60,733 nucleotides of DNA, taken from Myxococcota bacterium. GTDB taxonomy: Bacteria; Myxococcota_A; Polyangia; Polyangiales; JBCCZL01. Below, piece by piece: positions 18,625 through 28,633 of this stretch. The stretch spans positions 1-60,733 of the forward strand of contig JBCCZL010000002.1 of the NCBI GenBank assembly GCA_039187775.1. Direction: 5' to 3'. Made by a program: the position numbers and the translations under genes. The first letter of the stretch is position 1, and every line of letters begins with the position of its first letter. The notes under the pieces are model-generated. The model saw nothing but the letters and a program-made list of their open reading frames with translations, made no database searches and was not told the origin of the DNA.

Positions 18625-19755
18625 TCATGGGAGGGCGAGTGCGGTCGGGATCGTTGTGGTGCCGCCCGGCGACCCGTCGCGATCCCCCAGTCCCCAGCAC
18701 CAAAGGCTGCCGTCTGTCTTCGTCGCGCAGGTGACGCTGTCTCCGGCGGTAACGAATTGATAATCCTGATCGCCAAGGACCGGCGCGATTTCCAATGGGC
18801 CGGACCCCCGCGCGCCTCGACCCAGCTGCCCCTCTGAGTTGTCGCCCCAGCAGAATAGGGTGCCATCGGCGATCACCCCACAGCTGTGGCCGAGTCCAGC
18901 GGCAACGCTCACCCAGTCGTTTCGATCGCCTACCCGGGCAGGTCCCGGCGCCTCCGAATGACCGAGCTGTCCGGCTACGTTGGCGCCCCAACAGTGGAGC
19001 GCACCGCCGCGATCGATCGCACACGTATGGTCTGTTCCCGTAGCAACGACTCGCACCCGGAAGTCTGGAAGTTGGCGAGGCTCGGTCGCCTCCGTCGGTC
19101 CGAACCCGGTCTGTCCTTCCGAACCGATGCCCCAACACCACAACGCATCCGGGCCTCGAATCGCGCACGCATGAGCTCGGCCGAGGCGAACTTGATCCCA
19201 GTCGGATGCAGGGGCCACAGGGACCGGGGGACACTGCTGGTTCGTGTCGATGCCAAATTGGCCCGCACCGCTGAGGCCCCAGCACCAAAGGCTCCGGTCC
19301 TGCCGAATCGCGCAGGTAAAGTTCAAACCCACATCGACCGAGCGCCATTGTTGATCGTTGACTCGAAAAAACTCGGCCGAAGTTCCGGCCCCACAGTTGC
19401 CGAGCTGCTGTTCGAGGTTGGACCCCCAGCAAAAGAGTTCGCCGCCTTCCCGGATCCCGCAGGTGTGACCTTGAAACCCGGGGGAGGTGCGAACGTCATT
19501 CCAACCGGGGCCCGAGTCCACCAAGGCGGGCGTTTCCGCAGACTCCACTCCGGGTCCGAGCGCCGTCGAACCCGCTCGCCCCCAGCAGAACAGCTCACCC
19601 CGCAGCCCGACGGCACAGCTGGCTCGCCCCCCCGAATCCAGCGCGACCAGTGCGTCGTCTCGGCAGTTCGGAGCGCAGGCCGGGCCGGTTGGCGGATCGA
19701 TAAACTCAGTGAAACATCCTCCAAGTAACCCTACGCCGAGGAGCCAGGCTCTCAT
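18625..19755 (-). CDS. RCC1/BLIP-II repeat lipoprotein
   Basis: Lipobox LGGC; seven HTCAI..G.L.CWG.N..GQLG-type repeats. Confidence 0.92.
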   Translation of the reverse strand: MRAWLLGVGLLGGCFTEFIDPPTGPACAPNCRDDALVALDSGGRASCAVGLRGELFCWGRAGSTALGPGVESAETPALVDSGPGWNDVRTSPGFQGHTCGIREGGELFCWGSNLEQQLGNCGAGTSAEFFRVNDQQWRSVDVGLNFTCAIRQDRSLWCWGLSGAGQFGIDTNQQCPPVPVAPASDWDQVRLGRAHACAIRGPDALWCWGIGSEGQTGFGPTEATEPRQLPDFRVRVVATGTDHTCAIDRGGALHCWGANVAGQLGHSEAPGPARVGDRNDWVSVAAGLGHSCGVIADGTLFCWGDNSEGQLGRGARGSGPLEIAPVLGDQDYQFVTAGDSVTCATKTDGSLWCWGLGDRDGSPGGTTTIPTALALP

Positions 19756-19830
19756 GGGGCAAACGCTAACACGACTGGACCGTTCGGCGTTCCCGCCTGA
19801 TGTTGGTATCGCCGCTGTTATAGTCGCGAG

Positions 19831-21159
19831 GTGGCCGGTGAGACATCCAACGACGGAACCCTACCCGTTCGGTCGGGGGGATTGCCTATCAAGTTGCTCA
19901 AGGCCAACGTGGTGTCGGGGCCGGACGCCGGGATCACGGCAACCGCTCGGAACGACCGGCTCACTATTGGGACCGCCACCGGCAACGACCTGGTCTTGAC
20001 CGATCCCACGGTATCCCGGTTTCACCTCGAGCTTCGCCGCAGCCAGGGCAAAGTCCTCGCCTCGGATCTCAGCTCTACGAACGGGACCACGGTCGGAGAC
20101 GTTGCGCTCGGACCTGGCAGCGTCTACGTGCGCTCGGGCGCACAGTTCCAGATTGGAAACACGACGATCGAGGTGGCGGACGGCCAGATCGTGATGATGG
20201 AACGCGGCGAGTCCAAGCTCGGAGAGCTGCACGGCAAGAGTCGGGTGATGCATCAGCTGTTCTCCATGGTTAGCACCGTCGCAAAGAGCCAGGTCGCCGT
20301 TCTCGTCCTCGGCGAATCTGGAACCGGCAAAGAGCTGGTCGCCCGTGCCCTGCACGAAGGCAGTCTTCGAGCGGACGGCCCTTTCGTCACCGTCGACTGC
20401 GCCGCGATCGCGTCGTCACTTTTTGCGTCGGAGCTGTTCGGACACGAGCGTGGAGCGTTCACGGGCGCACATCGACAACACATCGGTGCATTCGAACGAG
20501 CCCACGGAGGCACTCTGTTTCTCGATGAAGTCGGTGAACTTGCCGCGGAGCACCAAGCCCAGCTCCTGGGAGCGCTCGAACGCCGCAGAGTCCGTCGAGT
20601 TGGAGGAACCGACGACTTTCCCGTCGACGTTCGAGTCGTATCGGCGACCCACCGCGACCTGCGAGCAGGAGTCAATGAGGGGTCGTTCCGGATGGACTTG
20701 TTTTACCGCATCGCGGTCACGCACTTGGTCATCCCTCCGTTGAGGGAGCGGCGCGAAGATATCCCGGCGCTCATCGAGCTCTTCCTGAAGGCAGAAGGGT
20801 CGTCAAAGACCGCCGAGCAACTGTTCGGTGCGGAGGCTCTCAGCCGGTTGAGGCGTTACCGATGGCCCGGAAACGTGCGTGAACTCAGAAACGTCGTTCG
20901 CGGAACACTCGCGACGGGCGCAGCCGCACAGTTTGAGAGCGCAGCGCCGGTGGACCCGAACGTCGACGAGGGCATCGACGACGTCCTGGAACACAGCTAC
21001 CGAGACGCAAAGCGCGCGACGATAGATCTGTTTGAGCGACGCTACCTCTCCAAGTTGCTAGAGAAGAGCGAAGGGAACATCCGAAAGGCATCCCGCATCG
21101 CACACATGGACCGTGGCTACTTGATCGAGCTCCTGCGCCGTCACGGTCTCAAACGCTAG
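19831..21159 (+). CDS. FHA-domain sigma-54-dependent enhancer-binding protein
   Basis: FHA (VSRFH...STNGT), Walker A GESGTGKE, intact [21 protein letters not shown] and Fis-type HTH. Confidence 0.95.
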   Translation: MAGETSNDGTLPVRSGGLPIKLLKANVVSGPDAGITATARNDRLTIGTATGNDLVLTDPTVSRFHLELRRSQGKVLASDLSSTNGTTVGDVALGPGSVYVRSGAQFQIGNTTIEVADGQIVMMERGESKLGELHGKSRVMHQLFSMVSTVAKSQVAVLVLGESGTGKELVARALHEGSLRADGPFVTVDCAAIASSLFASELFGHERGAFTGAHRQHIGAFERAHGGTLFLDEVGELAAEHQAQLLGALERRRVRRVGGTDDFPVDVRVVSATHRDLRAGVNEGSFRMDLFYRIAVTHLVIPPLRERREDIPALIELFLKAEGSSKTAEQLFGAEALSRLRRYRWPGNVRELRNVVRGTLATGAAAQFESAAPVDPNVDEGIDDVLEHSYRDAKRATIDLFERRYLSKLLEKSEGNIRKASRIAHMDRGYLIELLRRHGLKR

Positions 21160-21323
21160 CCCTTCACCCGCGTGAGCTAGGTCGATGATCGGGGTGGAGG
21201 CGCCGCCGGCCGTCGTGCCGAGCCGACGAGGAATACCCGAGGTATTTCGAGGAGGCAGCGAAGCGGTGCGGCGAACGGGGGTGGTTCCGTCGCGAGGGCG
21301 AGCAATGTCACGCGAGTGAAGGA
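21160..21323. mobile_element. Putative 164-bp MITE with 16-bp terminal inverted repeats and CTAG direct repeats
   Basis: CCCTTCACCCGCGTGA (21160-21175) matches the reverse complement of TCACGCGAGTGAAGGA (21308-21323) at 14/16; CTAG flanks both ends (21156-21159, 21324-21327). Confidence 0.7.
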
Positions 21324-22247
21324 CTAGTACCAAACCGCTAAGCCGGTGGCGCCAGGGGTGACGCGAACTTCCTCCGGCTCGGAGTCCGGGTCGTCTGAGC
21401 GAGGCACCAAAAGGTCTATGACGAGCGCGGCCAGACCCAGCGCAGCCACACCGATCGAGATGTTTGTCAGCAGCCGCATCGTTTCTCCGCGATCGCGAAC
21501 CGAAGCGACGAATGTCATTTCCCACTCGTCTTGGAGGGCTTCGGTCCGGAGCCCGAACCCGATCACGCCCGCGGTTCCGATAGCCGCAAGGCTCGCCCCT
21601 AGCCAAAAGAGTGCGCGCGGCTGAAACAAAGATGTCGAACCGGTGGCCGGGTGGGTCGGAGGAAGGGGCTCTTCGAGATTCGATTCGAGCTGGCCACGTT
21701 CGATCACCGCGAGCTGCGTGCGTTCACCCGCGGTGATGACCACAGTGTATTGCTGGACCTCATCATCAACCCGCACGGTGATTTGGTGCGGGCCCGGGTC
21801 GAGTACGAGCTCACACGGCGCTCGACACGACCGCTCTGGATCGACTTGGACGTCCGCACCCGATACCTCCGAGCCCACACGCAACGTGCCGAGGTGACGC
21901 CGCAGTCGTGTGAGAGCCTCCTCTGCAAGCTGGATCTGGCCCTGCGCCAAGACATCGCTTTCGGTCACGCGTTGATATTCGATGTATGCGGCACCGTACT
22001 GCTCCAACGCCTCGAGGCAGGCCCCGATATTGTGTCGAACCGCGTCGTGAGGCTGCAGCTCGAACGCCAGACGAAAGTGCTCGAGAGCCTCCGCGAACGC
22101 AGCGCGCTCGAATGCTAGCTGCCCGGCCCGAAACTCCTGTTCTGCGGTCGTGGCCTCAGCGTCTGGCTCGGATTGAGCGTGAGTCGTTTGTGCATGCGTT
22201 AGACACGCCAAGAAACCGCCGGCGGCCAGGAGCCTCCACGAGTTCAA
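21324..22247 (-). CDS. TPR + PEGA domain membrane protein
   Basis: Signal peptide, TPR (ALEHFRLAFELQPH), PEGA (GTLRVGSEVSGADVQVD...LDPGPHQI) and C-terminal hydrophobic segments. Confidence 0.85.
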   Translation of the reverse strand: MNSWRLLAAGGFLACLTHAQTTHAQSEPDAEATTAEQEFRAGQLAFERAAFAEALEHFRLAFELQPHDAVRHNIGACLEALEQYGAAYIEYQRVTESDVLAQGQIQLAEEALTRLRRHLGTLRVGSEVSGADVQVDPERSCRAPCELVLDPGPHQITVRVDDEVQQYTVVITAGERTQLAVIERGQLESNLEEPLPPTHPATGSTSLFQPRALFWLGASLAAIGTAGVIGFGLRTEALQDEWEMTFVASVRDRGETMRLLTNISIGVAALGLAALVIDLLVPRSDDPDSEPEEVRVTPGATGLAVWY

Positions 22248-23743
22248 TAAGGACTCCCCAAGAGAGTGGGGCCGTCCATCGTCAGCGTGCTACGTCCGTT
22301 TGGTGAGCTACGACCAACCCGTTCTGATGGGGCTTGAGGGGGACGTGGTTGAGGTCGCCGGCGGTCGGCGCGACGCTCCGGCGCAGGTGGCTCCGTCACG
22401 GGTTCCTCGGAGGAGTCGGGGGCGGTCTCGGCCTCGGCGGGCGCGACCGCAGTAGGCGGCGATGGTTCGACCGCGGCTCGGGGCTCCGGTGCATTCGCAC
22501 GGTTGCTCGGAAGGCTGTCCGCCAACGACTCAGTCGAGCCAGAGGAGTCCGCGAGCGCCCATCCACCCGCGCCGGCTGCCCCGACCAATAGCAAGATCGG
22601 CAGCGCGAAAGCCGCGGTGGATCGTCGAGGTCGCCCGGTCGATTTGTCGACGGTTGAACTCTGCTCTCGCTGCGCGGGCCGTTTCAATGCGTCCCGCAGT
22701 CGCGCCTCATCGGCATCGGCGGCGTCCGGCAAAATGCGCTGAACAAACTCCGTTAGAGTCTCAGAGCGAGTCATTTCCGCACTCGGAAAGCTCGCGGCGT
22801 CGGACGGTTCCGAGTTTGCGCGGGGGGTCGGGGTGCTCGACGCAAGTTGCTGAGCCGCGGCCTCAAACACGTTGGCCAACTCGTCGCAACCGGCGGGGCG
22901 ATCGTCCCGTTCTCGGCTGAGTGCACGCATAACCGCGCGCGATAGTCCAGCCGGAAGCGCAGGCGCAAAGTTGTCGATAGGCTCGATCTCACCCTCCAGC
23001 ACTTCGAACATCGTGCTCGCATCGTCTCCGGTACAGAAGAGCCGCCGGCCGCAGAACAGTTCCCAGGCGACAACCCCCAGAGCCCACACATCGGCACGCC
23101 GATCCAGTTCGACGCTGCGGTCGATCTGCTCGGGCGCCATGTAGGCCAGCTTTCCGCGTATCTCTCCAGTCCGCGTTTTCGAAACCCGGCCATCCGCACG
23201 GGCGATACCAAAGTCGATGACCCGCACCAACCCATCGAATCCGACGAAGATGTTGTGGGGGCTGATGTCTCGATGGATGATCGACAGTCGAGTGCCATCC
23301 ACCGCGCGGGCCTGATGCGCGGCATGGAGGCCCCGGCAGACCTGGCCCAAGATCTCGGCCGCGATGTGGGCGGGCAGTCGCTCGGACGTTGCGCGGATCA
23401 GCTGGGAAAGAGACCTGCCTCGAAGGAGCTCCATGACAAAATAGGGCACGCCAGCGTGCTCGCCGACATCGAAAATGTTGACGACGTTTCCGTGACTCAC
23501 CTGCGAGACGATCCTCGCCTCATCCAGAAACATGTCGATGAACTGCCGCTCGCTGCGTAGCTCGGGGAGCAACAGTTTCATTGCCAACAGCCGATCGAAT
23601 CCTCCCATCGACTCACGTTGGACCGCGTAGATAACCCCCATTCCGCCGCGCGCGATCTCCTCGAGCAGCCGATAGCCGCCGACTATGTCGTCTTTGCGCA
23701 CAAAGGCGCCGGCCTTCGTCGTGCTGCCATCCGGCATGCTCAT
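22244..23743 (-). CDS. Hanks-type Ser/Thr protein kinase with TM helix and Pro-rich tail
   Basis: ARGGMG, AMK, HRDISPHN, DFG, YMAPEQ and DVWALG motifs. Confidence 0.95.
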   Translation of the reverse strand: MSMPDGSTTKAGAFVRKDDIVGGYRLLEEIARGGMGVIYAVQRESMGGFDRLLAMKLLLPELRSERQFIDMFLDEARIVSQVSHGNVVNIFDVGEHAGVPYFVMELLRGRSLSQLIRATSERLPAHIAAEILGQVCRGLHAAHQARAVDGTRLSIIHRDISPHNIFVGFDGLVRVIDFGIARADGRVSKTRTGEIRGKLAYMAPEQIDRSVELDRRADVWALGVVAWELFCGRRLFCTGDDASTMFEVLEGEIEPIDNFAPALPAGLSRAVMRALSRERDDRPAGCDELANVFEAAAQQLASSTPTPRANSEPSDAASFPSAEMTRSETLTEFVQRILPDAADADEARLRDALKRPAQREQSSTVDKSTGRPRRSTAAFALPILLLVGAAGAGGWALADSSGSTESLADSLPSNRANAPEPRAAVEPSPPTAVAPAEAETAPDSSEEPVTEPPAPERRADRRRPQPRPPQAPSERVGRSSPNGRSTLTMDGPTLLGSPY

Positions 23744-24122
23744 GAGGTCTCATGGTGACACGGGCGCCGCGGCCTACACAACTCGTCTCGGACGCGAGCG
23801 TTGCGAACTCATGGGATGTCACCGTGCCCCGCAGGAGCCGACGCAATCGGTAAACACCGGAGTGCATCCCGGCGCGACCGGCACACCGTCGATGCACTCG
23901 TCAGCGCGCATCGGTTGAACTGTTCAAGCGACGCGGTACACGCGGGGCCTTCAGAGCGAATTCCGAGTCCGCGGAACATGGCGCCGGCCCGGGTCGGCCC
24001 GGCCCATACTCGACTGCCGCTCTCCGTCTGTTCGGCCATGGGACTCGAGCTCTCGCAGTTCGAAGGCTTTACGAGTATCGAGGGACAACCGGTGATCGGC
24101 AGGCTCGACGAACTTCACTGAC

Positions 24123-24953
24123 TCAACGGGCGACGAGCCCGTAGACGAGGTGCGATCGCTTGGGAGAGGGCTGCCAGAGCCAAGCTTCCGTGAGCTCGAT
24201 TCGAGCCGACGGCCGAAACTGTTGAATGAGGCTGGTCACGAATGAGACCTCGGTCCCCGGCAAGCACTTCTTTCGCGCATCCGCCTCGACCAGGAGTCGG
24301 TCCGGAGTGCTATGGGCGAGCCAGTCGTGCATCACCTGCACCGGCCGGGCGAGCGTGTCGATCGCCAGGACGAGCGAGCCGCCTTCGGCGAGGAGTTCGA
24401 GTGCGATCCGCAAATGAGTGACCACGCCGACGAGCGATGCCCGCGGCATCACCTCCGGCTGAGCAGCGAGCACATCGGTCGCGGTATGGACGATCTGGCT
24501 CAGGACCAGCGAACTCAACACCACATCGAACGGCCCGGGGAGCTTCGTGCGAGACGACGCGATCGCCTCGTCGGTGCACCCTCGGAGCTCGGCCGCGGTC
24601 GGTGGGGTGTGGGTCCATTTCGCGAGATGCCCCAGGGTCCCTGAGAGATCGAACCGGTGAAGCCTCAGCCGTTGGCTGGTTTCCAAGCTCGCTCGCGCGA
24701 GCGCGTTGGCCATGGCGGTCTGGTCCATATCGACGAGATGGACCTCATCGAACTGCTTCGTGAGGGAAACGAGATGAATGTCGTTGCAGTTGCCCGCGCC
24801 CAGGACCACCAGGTTCTTCGAGCCGCTCCGCTGGCGGCCGATGAGGCTCATCACGCGGTTCCGGTGGTCGGCGTACTCGTTCCACATCGGCGCCGTCGAA
24901 CGGTTGAACCGCCGGTGCATGCGCACGAGGTCCTTTCGGTTCGACGAGCTCAT
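24123..24953 (-). CDS. Class I SAM-dependent methyltransferase-like protein
   Basis: VVLGAGNCND motif I, VHLVD motif II, FDVVLS and LAEGGSLVL. Confidence 0.7.
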   Translation of the reverse strand: MSSSNRKDLVRMHRRFNRSTAPMWNEYADHRNRVMSLIGRQRSGSKNLVVLGAGNCNDIHLVSLTKQFDEVHLVDMDQTAMANALARASLETSQRLRLHRFDLSGTLGHLAKWTHTPPTAAELRGCTDEAIASSRTKLPGPFDVVLSSLVLSQIVHTATDVLAAQPEVMPRASLVGVVTHLRIALELLAEGGSLVLAIDTLARPVQVMHDWLAHSTPDRLLVEADARKKCLPGTEVSFVTSLIQQFRPSARIELTEAWLWQPSPKRSHLVYGLVAR

Positions 24954-24998
24954 TCGAAGAGCCTACCTCCCGGCAGCTCACGCGACGAGGTCCCGCGC

Positions 24999-26564
24999 TC
25001 AGGTGATCACGGGCAGCGACGTGGTGGCCGCAAGTCTCAGGATGTCGTCCTCGTAGGGATGCGCGGTGTCGAGCCATCCAGGCACCGCGTCGCGGATGCT
25101 GAGCCACGGTTGCCCCTCGCCTTCGGGCCATTCGGCCTGCGGCACGCCCATCGAGTGCAGCATCGTGCCTAGAAGATGATAGTAGTGAAGGCCCGGCCGT
25201 CGGCCCGACTCCGCCATGCCAGGCCCCGCCTGCGGGAAGTCCGCATTTCGGTTTCGGTAGTCGACGTAGAGGCCAGTATTGAAGAAGCCGCCGCTGCTTC
25301 CCGCCATCACCACCGGCTGCGAGTCATTGTTGTGGGTACTTGGCCCGGACTCGTTGGTCCACATCACGGCGGAGTTATCCAGCATCGTGAGACCGTTCGC
25401 ATCGACCACCGAGTCCATCTTCGAAATCAGATCGAGGAACACCATCTGGAAGAAGTTGCGGTTCGTCCGCTGGAGGGCGCGCTCACTCTCGGGCTGGTCA
25501 TCGGCGGTGTGCGCAACCCCGTGAAATCCGCCCATGCTGTCCATCGAACCATGGAAGTCATCGGCGGTCTCGAGCACTGCAATGCGGCTGCTGTCACACA
25601 TGAATGCGGCCACGATCACATCGTTGTAGAGCCCGTAGATATTGGGACCGTACCACTCCGGGTTCGATGCGTGCTCGGTGTAGACGGCACCTCGCCCGCG
25701 ATACTCCGTTGTCGGGACCACCACGTCACCGCAGCTCGCCGCGGTAGTCGCGTTGAGCGCCGCCTCGATCTTGTACAGCTGCTCCATGTAGGCATCGAGC
25801 CGATTCCGGTCCTCCGCCCCAAGCCGCGCGCCCGGCCCGTGCGCTCCGCTGTGAAGGCGGTTGTAGCTCTCGAGCACCCGATCGACCACAGGAGGACGCG
25901 GGGCTTCCGGTTCGGTCGGTGGCGGAGAGTAGATCTCGTCGAACAGGGCACGCGTACCGGTGGCGGTGGGGAGCTCATGCACGCCCCCGTTCCGTTGGGA
26001 CGCGTTGTCCCACGTGACGCTGGTTCCGGCCTGGCCGATCGCGAGGGTTCGCTTCCGCGGCTCCGAGGCATAGACCGCCGACGAGTAAGCCATCACCTGG
26101 TCGATCGACACTCGGTCGGGAACCAACGTCCCGTTGTCTCCGGTGGGTCGTGTGAGATCGCCGTAAGAACCCAGGCAGTGCGTGCCGTGCGAGCAGTACC
26201 AGGGCACATCGAGGCCCCGAAGAAAGTTCATCTTCGAGATGAGCTGCGGGGTGAGCAACGACGCGGAAGCACGGAGCACGTTCGAGAACACCGCATCGCC
26301 CCCTTCCATCCGAGGGGCGAGCGGCGAATGGTGAATGTTGTGATTGCCGAGCACCGTGGTCACGTCGGTGGCCGCGGAGTCGGCCGGCCACATATTTTCG
26401 TGCCGAACGCCACCGTGGCGGACCGCCATCCCGACGAAACGGTGCGGGGCTTCCGGCCCCTGAGCCTCCCCCCGCCCGACGAGCGAGGGAAGAAATGGGA
26501 TCGCCAACGAGAATCCGCCGGTCCCTGCAAGAAACAGCCTTCGCCCAACGCGTCGCTGACTCAT
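24999..26564 (-). CDS. DUF1552 (HXXSHH) family Tat protein, cassette 1
   Basis: GRRLFLAGTGG...LAIPFLPS Tat leader; SIDQVMA, RLDAY, FHGVAH, TMLDNS and THNNDSQP motifs. Confidence 0.85.
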   Translation of the reverse strand: MSQRRVGRRLFLAGTGGFSLAIPFLPSLVGRGEAQGPEAPHRFVGMAVRHGGVRHENMWPADSAATDVTTVLGNHNIHHSPLAPRMEGGDAVFSNVLRASASLLTPQLISKMNFLRGLDVPWYCSHGTHCLGSYGDLTRPTGDNGTLVPDRVSIDQVMAYSSAVYASEPRKRTLAIGQAGTSVTWDNASQRNGGVHELPTATGTRALFDEIYSPPPTEPEAPRPPVVDRVLESYNRLHSGAHGPGARLGAEDRNRLDAYMEQLYKIEAALNATTAASCGDVVVPTTEYRGRGAVYTEHASNPEWYGPNIYGLYNDVIVAAFMCDSSRIAVLETADDFHGSMDSMGGFHGVAHTADDQPESERALQRTNRNFFQMVFLDLISKMDSVVDANGLTMLDNSAVMWTNESGPSTHNNDSQPVVMAGSSGGFFNTGLYVDYRNRNADFPQAGPGMAESGRRPGLHYYHLLGTMLHSMGVPQAEWPEGEGQPWLSIRDAVPGWLDTAHPYEDDILRLAATTSLPVIT

Positions 26565-26618
26565 GATCTCTCTATCCTTCGCATGGTTGGAAGTTCGGGA
26601 CGGTGACGAAGCTGGCCA

Positions 26619-28445
26619 TCACTGGACATTGCGCACCTGAAAACCGGGTGCCAGTACCACCTCGGCAAGCACCTCGACGAGCGGGCGGTCCGCATCGACC
26701 GCTTCATCGAGCGCCTCCAGAAGGCAGCTGTCGGCTCCGTTGACATCCTCGGCGCGTCCCGCGGAGAACCGGACGTAGTGCCGAACAAAACACGAAGAGA
26801 CGTACTCGGATTCGTAGAGGGCGCGGGCAAGGTCGGCCCCGCCGTTGATATCCCCATCGATGTCGGGGAGCGTAACCACCGTATCCACCGGTACAACGCC
26901 CACTTCGTTTTCATCCTCGTCGAAGAGACGCTCTTCCTCTCGGAAGCGACCGAACGAGTCGAAACCCTCGAGCGCAAACGCCGGGGCATTGAGGAGCACG
27001 TGGCAGCCCGCGCAGGTCCCCGACCCGGTTTGCACCTCGGCCTCTTGGCGACTCGAGACGGTCGAGGTGTCGACCTCGGGAAGATCGTCCAGCGCGTCCG
27101 CCGGAGCGTCGGGGATGGGCGTGCAGAGAATTTGCCGTCGCACGAACACCCCGCGAAGAATCGGATGGGTCCGCGCCGCGGCCCCGGGTGGGTTCCCCTG
27201 CTCGGACCGGGGAAGCAGCATGCCCGCGCGCGTCAGAATGCCCGAACGCTCGGACGGTACGGTGGCGGGCATGCCCGGGCTCGCGGGTTCCATCCCGTAA
27301 AGCGCCGCGAGCTCCGGGTGGGTATTGAGGGTCAGGTCGCTGAGGAAGAAGTCTTGAAAGGTCCCTCCATTGCGGACGAGGTAAGAAAAGAGCTCGACCA
27401 CCTCGTCAAAGATCGCGCGGTCGAGCGACGGATCGACCGCGAGGTCGCCGCGGAGCGCTTCGAATGCCGGGCCACCCTCGCTCTGGCTCAACGGCCGAAC
27501 CTGGTCGAAACGAAACCACTCCGAGAGAAACTCGCGAAATGCGCTGTCGGCTCGCGGATCTGAAGCAACTCGACGCGCCTCCGCCTGAAACCCTTCTTGG
27601 GTAAGCAAGCTGCCATCGCTCGCCGCGGCGAAGAGGGCATCGTCAGGCATGTCGTTCCAAAAGTGATAGCTCAGACGGGATGCGAGCTCATATCCCGTGA
27701 GTTGGCCATCTCCGCCCTCGACGTGAAGGACGAATGAAGGCTGTGCGAACATCACGGTGACAAGCTCCGCCAGGCCGCGACGCTCGATCACGTTGCCATC
27801 GATGTACACCTCGGTGCGGTAGAACGTCTGCTCCTCGGCGGTGAGCGGACGGCGATGGGTCAGTTGCCCGAGCGCTGTGATCGCAGCGTCGAGGCAGGCG
27901 CCATCGTTCTGGGGATCTCCGTCGGTGGCACAGGCGCCGGCCCATGCCTCGATGCGTGAGTCATTCGACGTCAGCTCCTCGCCGATCGCTTCGGCGAGGT
28001 TGAGCGATTGTCGAACCCCGTCTTCGGTGATCGCCTGGTCGCCTCGGGAGAACAGGCGCTGGCCGGCCTCGGTGATCCCTTCAGTGCCAATCGCGTCCGG
28101 CGGAAGTCGGTCTATCGCGTCGGTCAGCGACGACGAGATCGCGTCGACGGTGTTGCCGTCGTAGAACCGCGAGAGGACGCTCGCCACCGAGTTCTGGTGC
28201 TGGAGCTTGGAGAGGCGACGAAGAGGGAGCTCGACGGGCGCGGACTCGACGCAGGTGAAGTCCACGACCGACCCCTGGTTGGGCTCACGGGGAGTCGCCC
28301 CGATCCGTTCTGACTCGACGTCTTCGATCTCCCCGGTGCACGCGCCCGCCAGCAGGAGGACGAGGCTCAGCGAGAGCCGAAATGGAGGTAGGAGCGGGAC
28401 GCCGATTGAGCGACCCGAAACGACAAGTATGCGTTGGCTTTCCAT
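26619..28445 (-). CDS. DUF1592/DUF1588/DUF1585-type haem c lipoprotein, cassette 1
   Basis: Lipobox AGAC; LRRLSK, RRPLT, YELASRLSYHFW..MPD, HPILRGVFVRRQILC and CAGCH; GGAG RBS before ATG 28445. Confidence 0.88.
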   Translation of the reverse strand: MESQRILVVSGRSIGVPLLPPFRLSLSLVLLLAGACTGEIEDVESERIGATPREPNQGSVVDFTCVESAPVELPLRRLSKLQHQNSVASVLSRFYDGNTVDAISSSLTDAIDRLPPDAIGTEGITEAGQRLFSRGDQAITEDGVRQSLNLAEAIGEELTSNDSRIEAWAGACATDGDPQNDGACLDAAITALGQLTHRRPLTAEEQTFYRTEVYIDGNVIERRGLAELVTVMFAQPSFVLHVEGGDGQLTGYELASRLSYHFWNDMPDDALFAAASDGSLLTQEGFQAEARRVASDPRADSAFREFLSEWFRFDQVRPLSQSEGGPAFEALRGDLAVDPSLDRAIFDEVVELFSYLVRNGGTFQDFFLSDLTLNTHPELAALYGMEPASPGMPATVPSERSGILTRAGMLLPRSEQGNPPGAAARTHPILRGVFVRRQILCTPIPDAPADALDDLPEVDTSTVSSRQEAEVQTGSGTCAGCHVLLNAPAFALEGFDSFGRFREEERLFDEDENEVGVVPVDTVVTLPDIDGDINGGADLARALYESEYVSSCFVRHYVRFSAGRAEDVNGADSCLLEALDEAVDADRPLVEVLAEVVLAPGFQVRNVQ

Positions 28446-28633
28446 CCGATCTCCAGCGACGCCGATAAACTCTGCAACTCGCGGGCCATCGCAGCTTCCC
28501 CAAGACCAACCTCTCGGGAGCAGCAGGCGTGCGCCTGTCCCGGTTTGAGGAACGTTTGGTGCTCTCGAGAGCCGGTCGCACACTTCAGGGAATCTCACGG
28601 CCAACGTGGCGCAATTCCGAAAGATACCGACCC

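Noticed and set aside
23744-24122. Short ORFs in the ~380-bp gap upstream of the kinase
   Set aside because: No convincing RBS, motif or terminal repeats; treated as intergenic.
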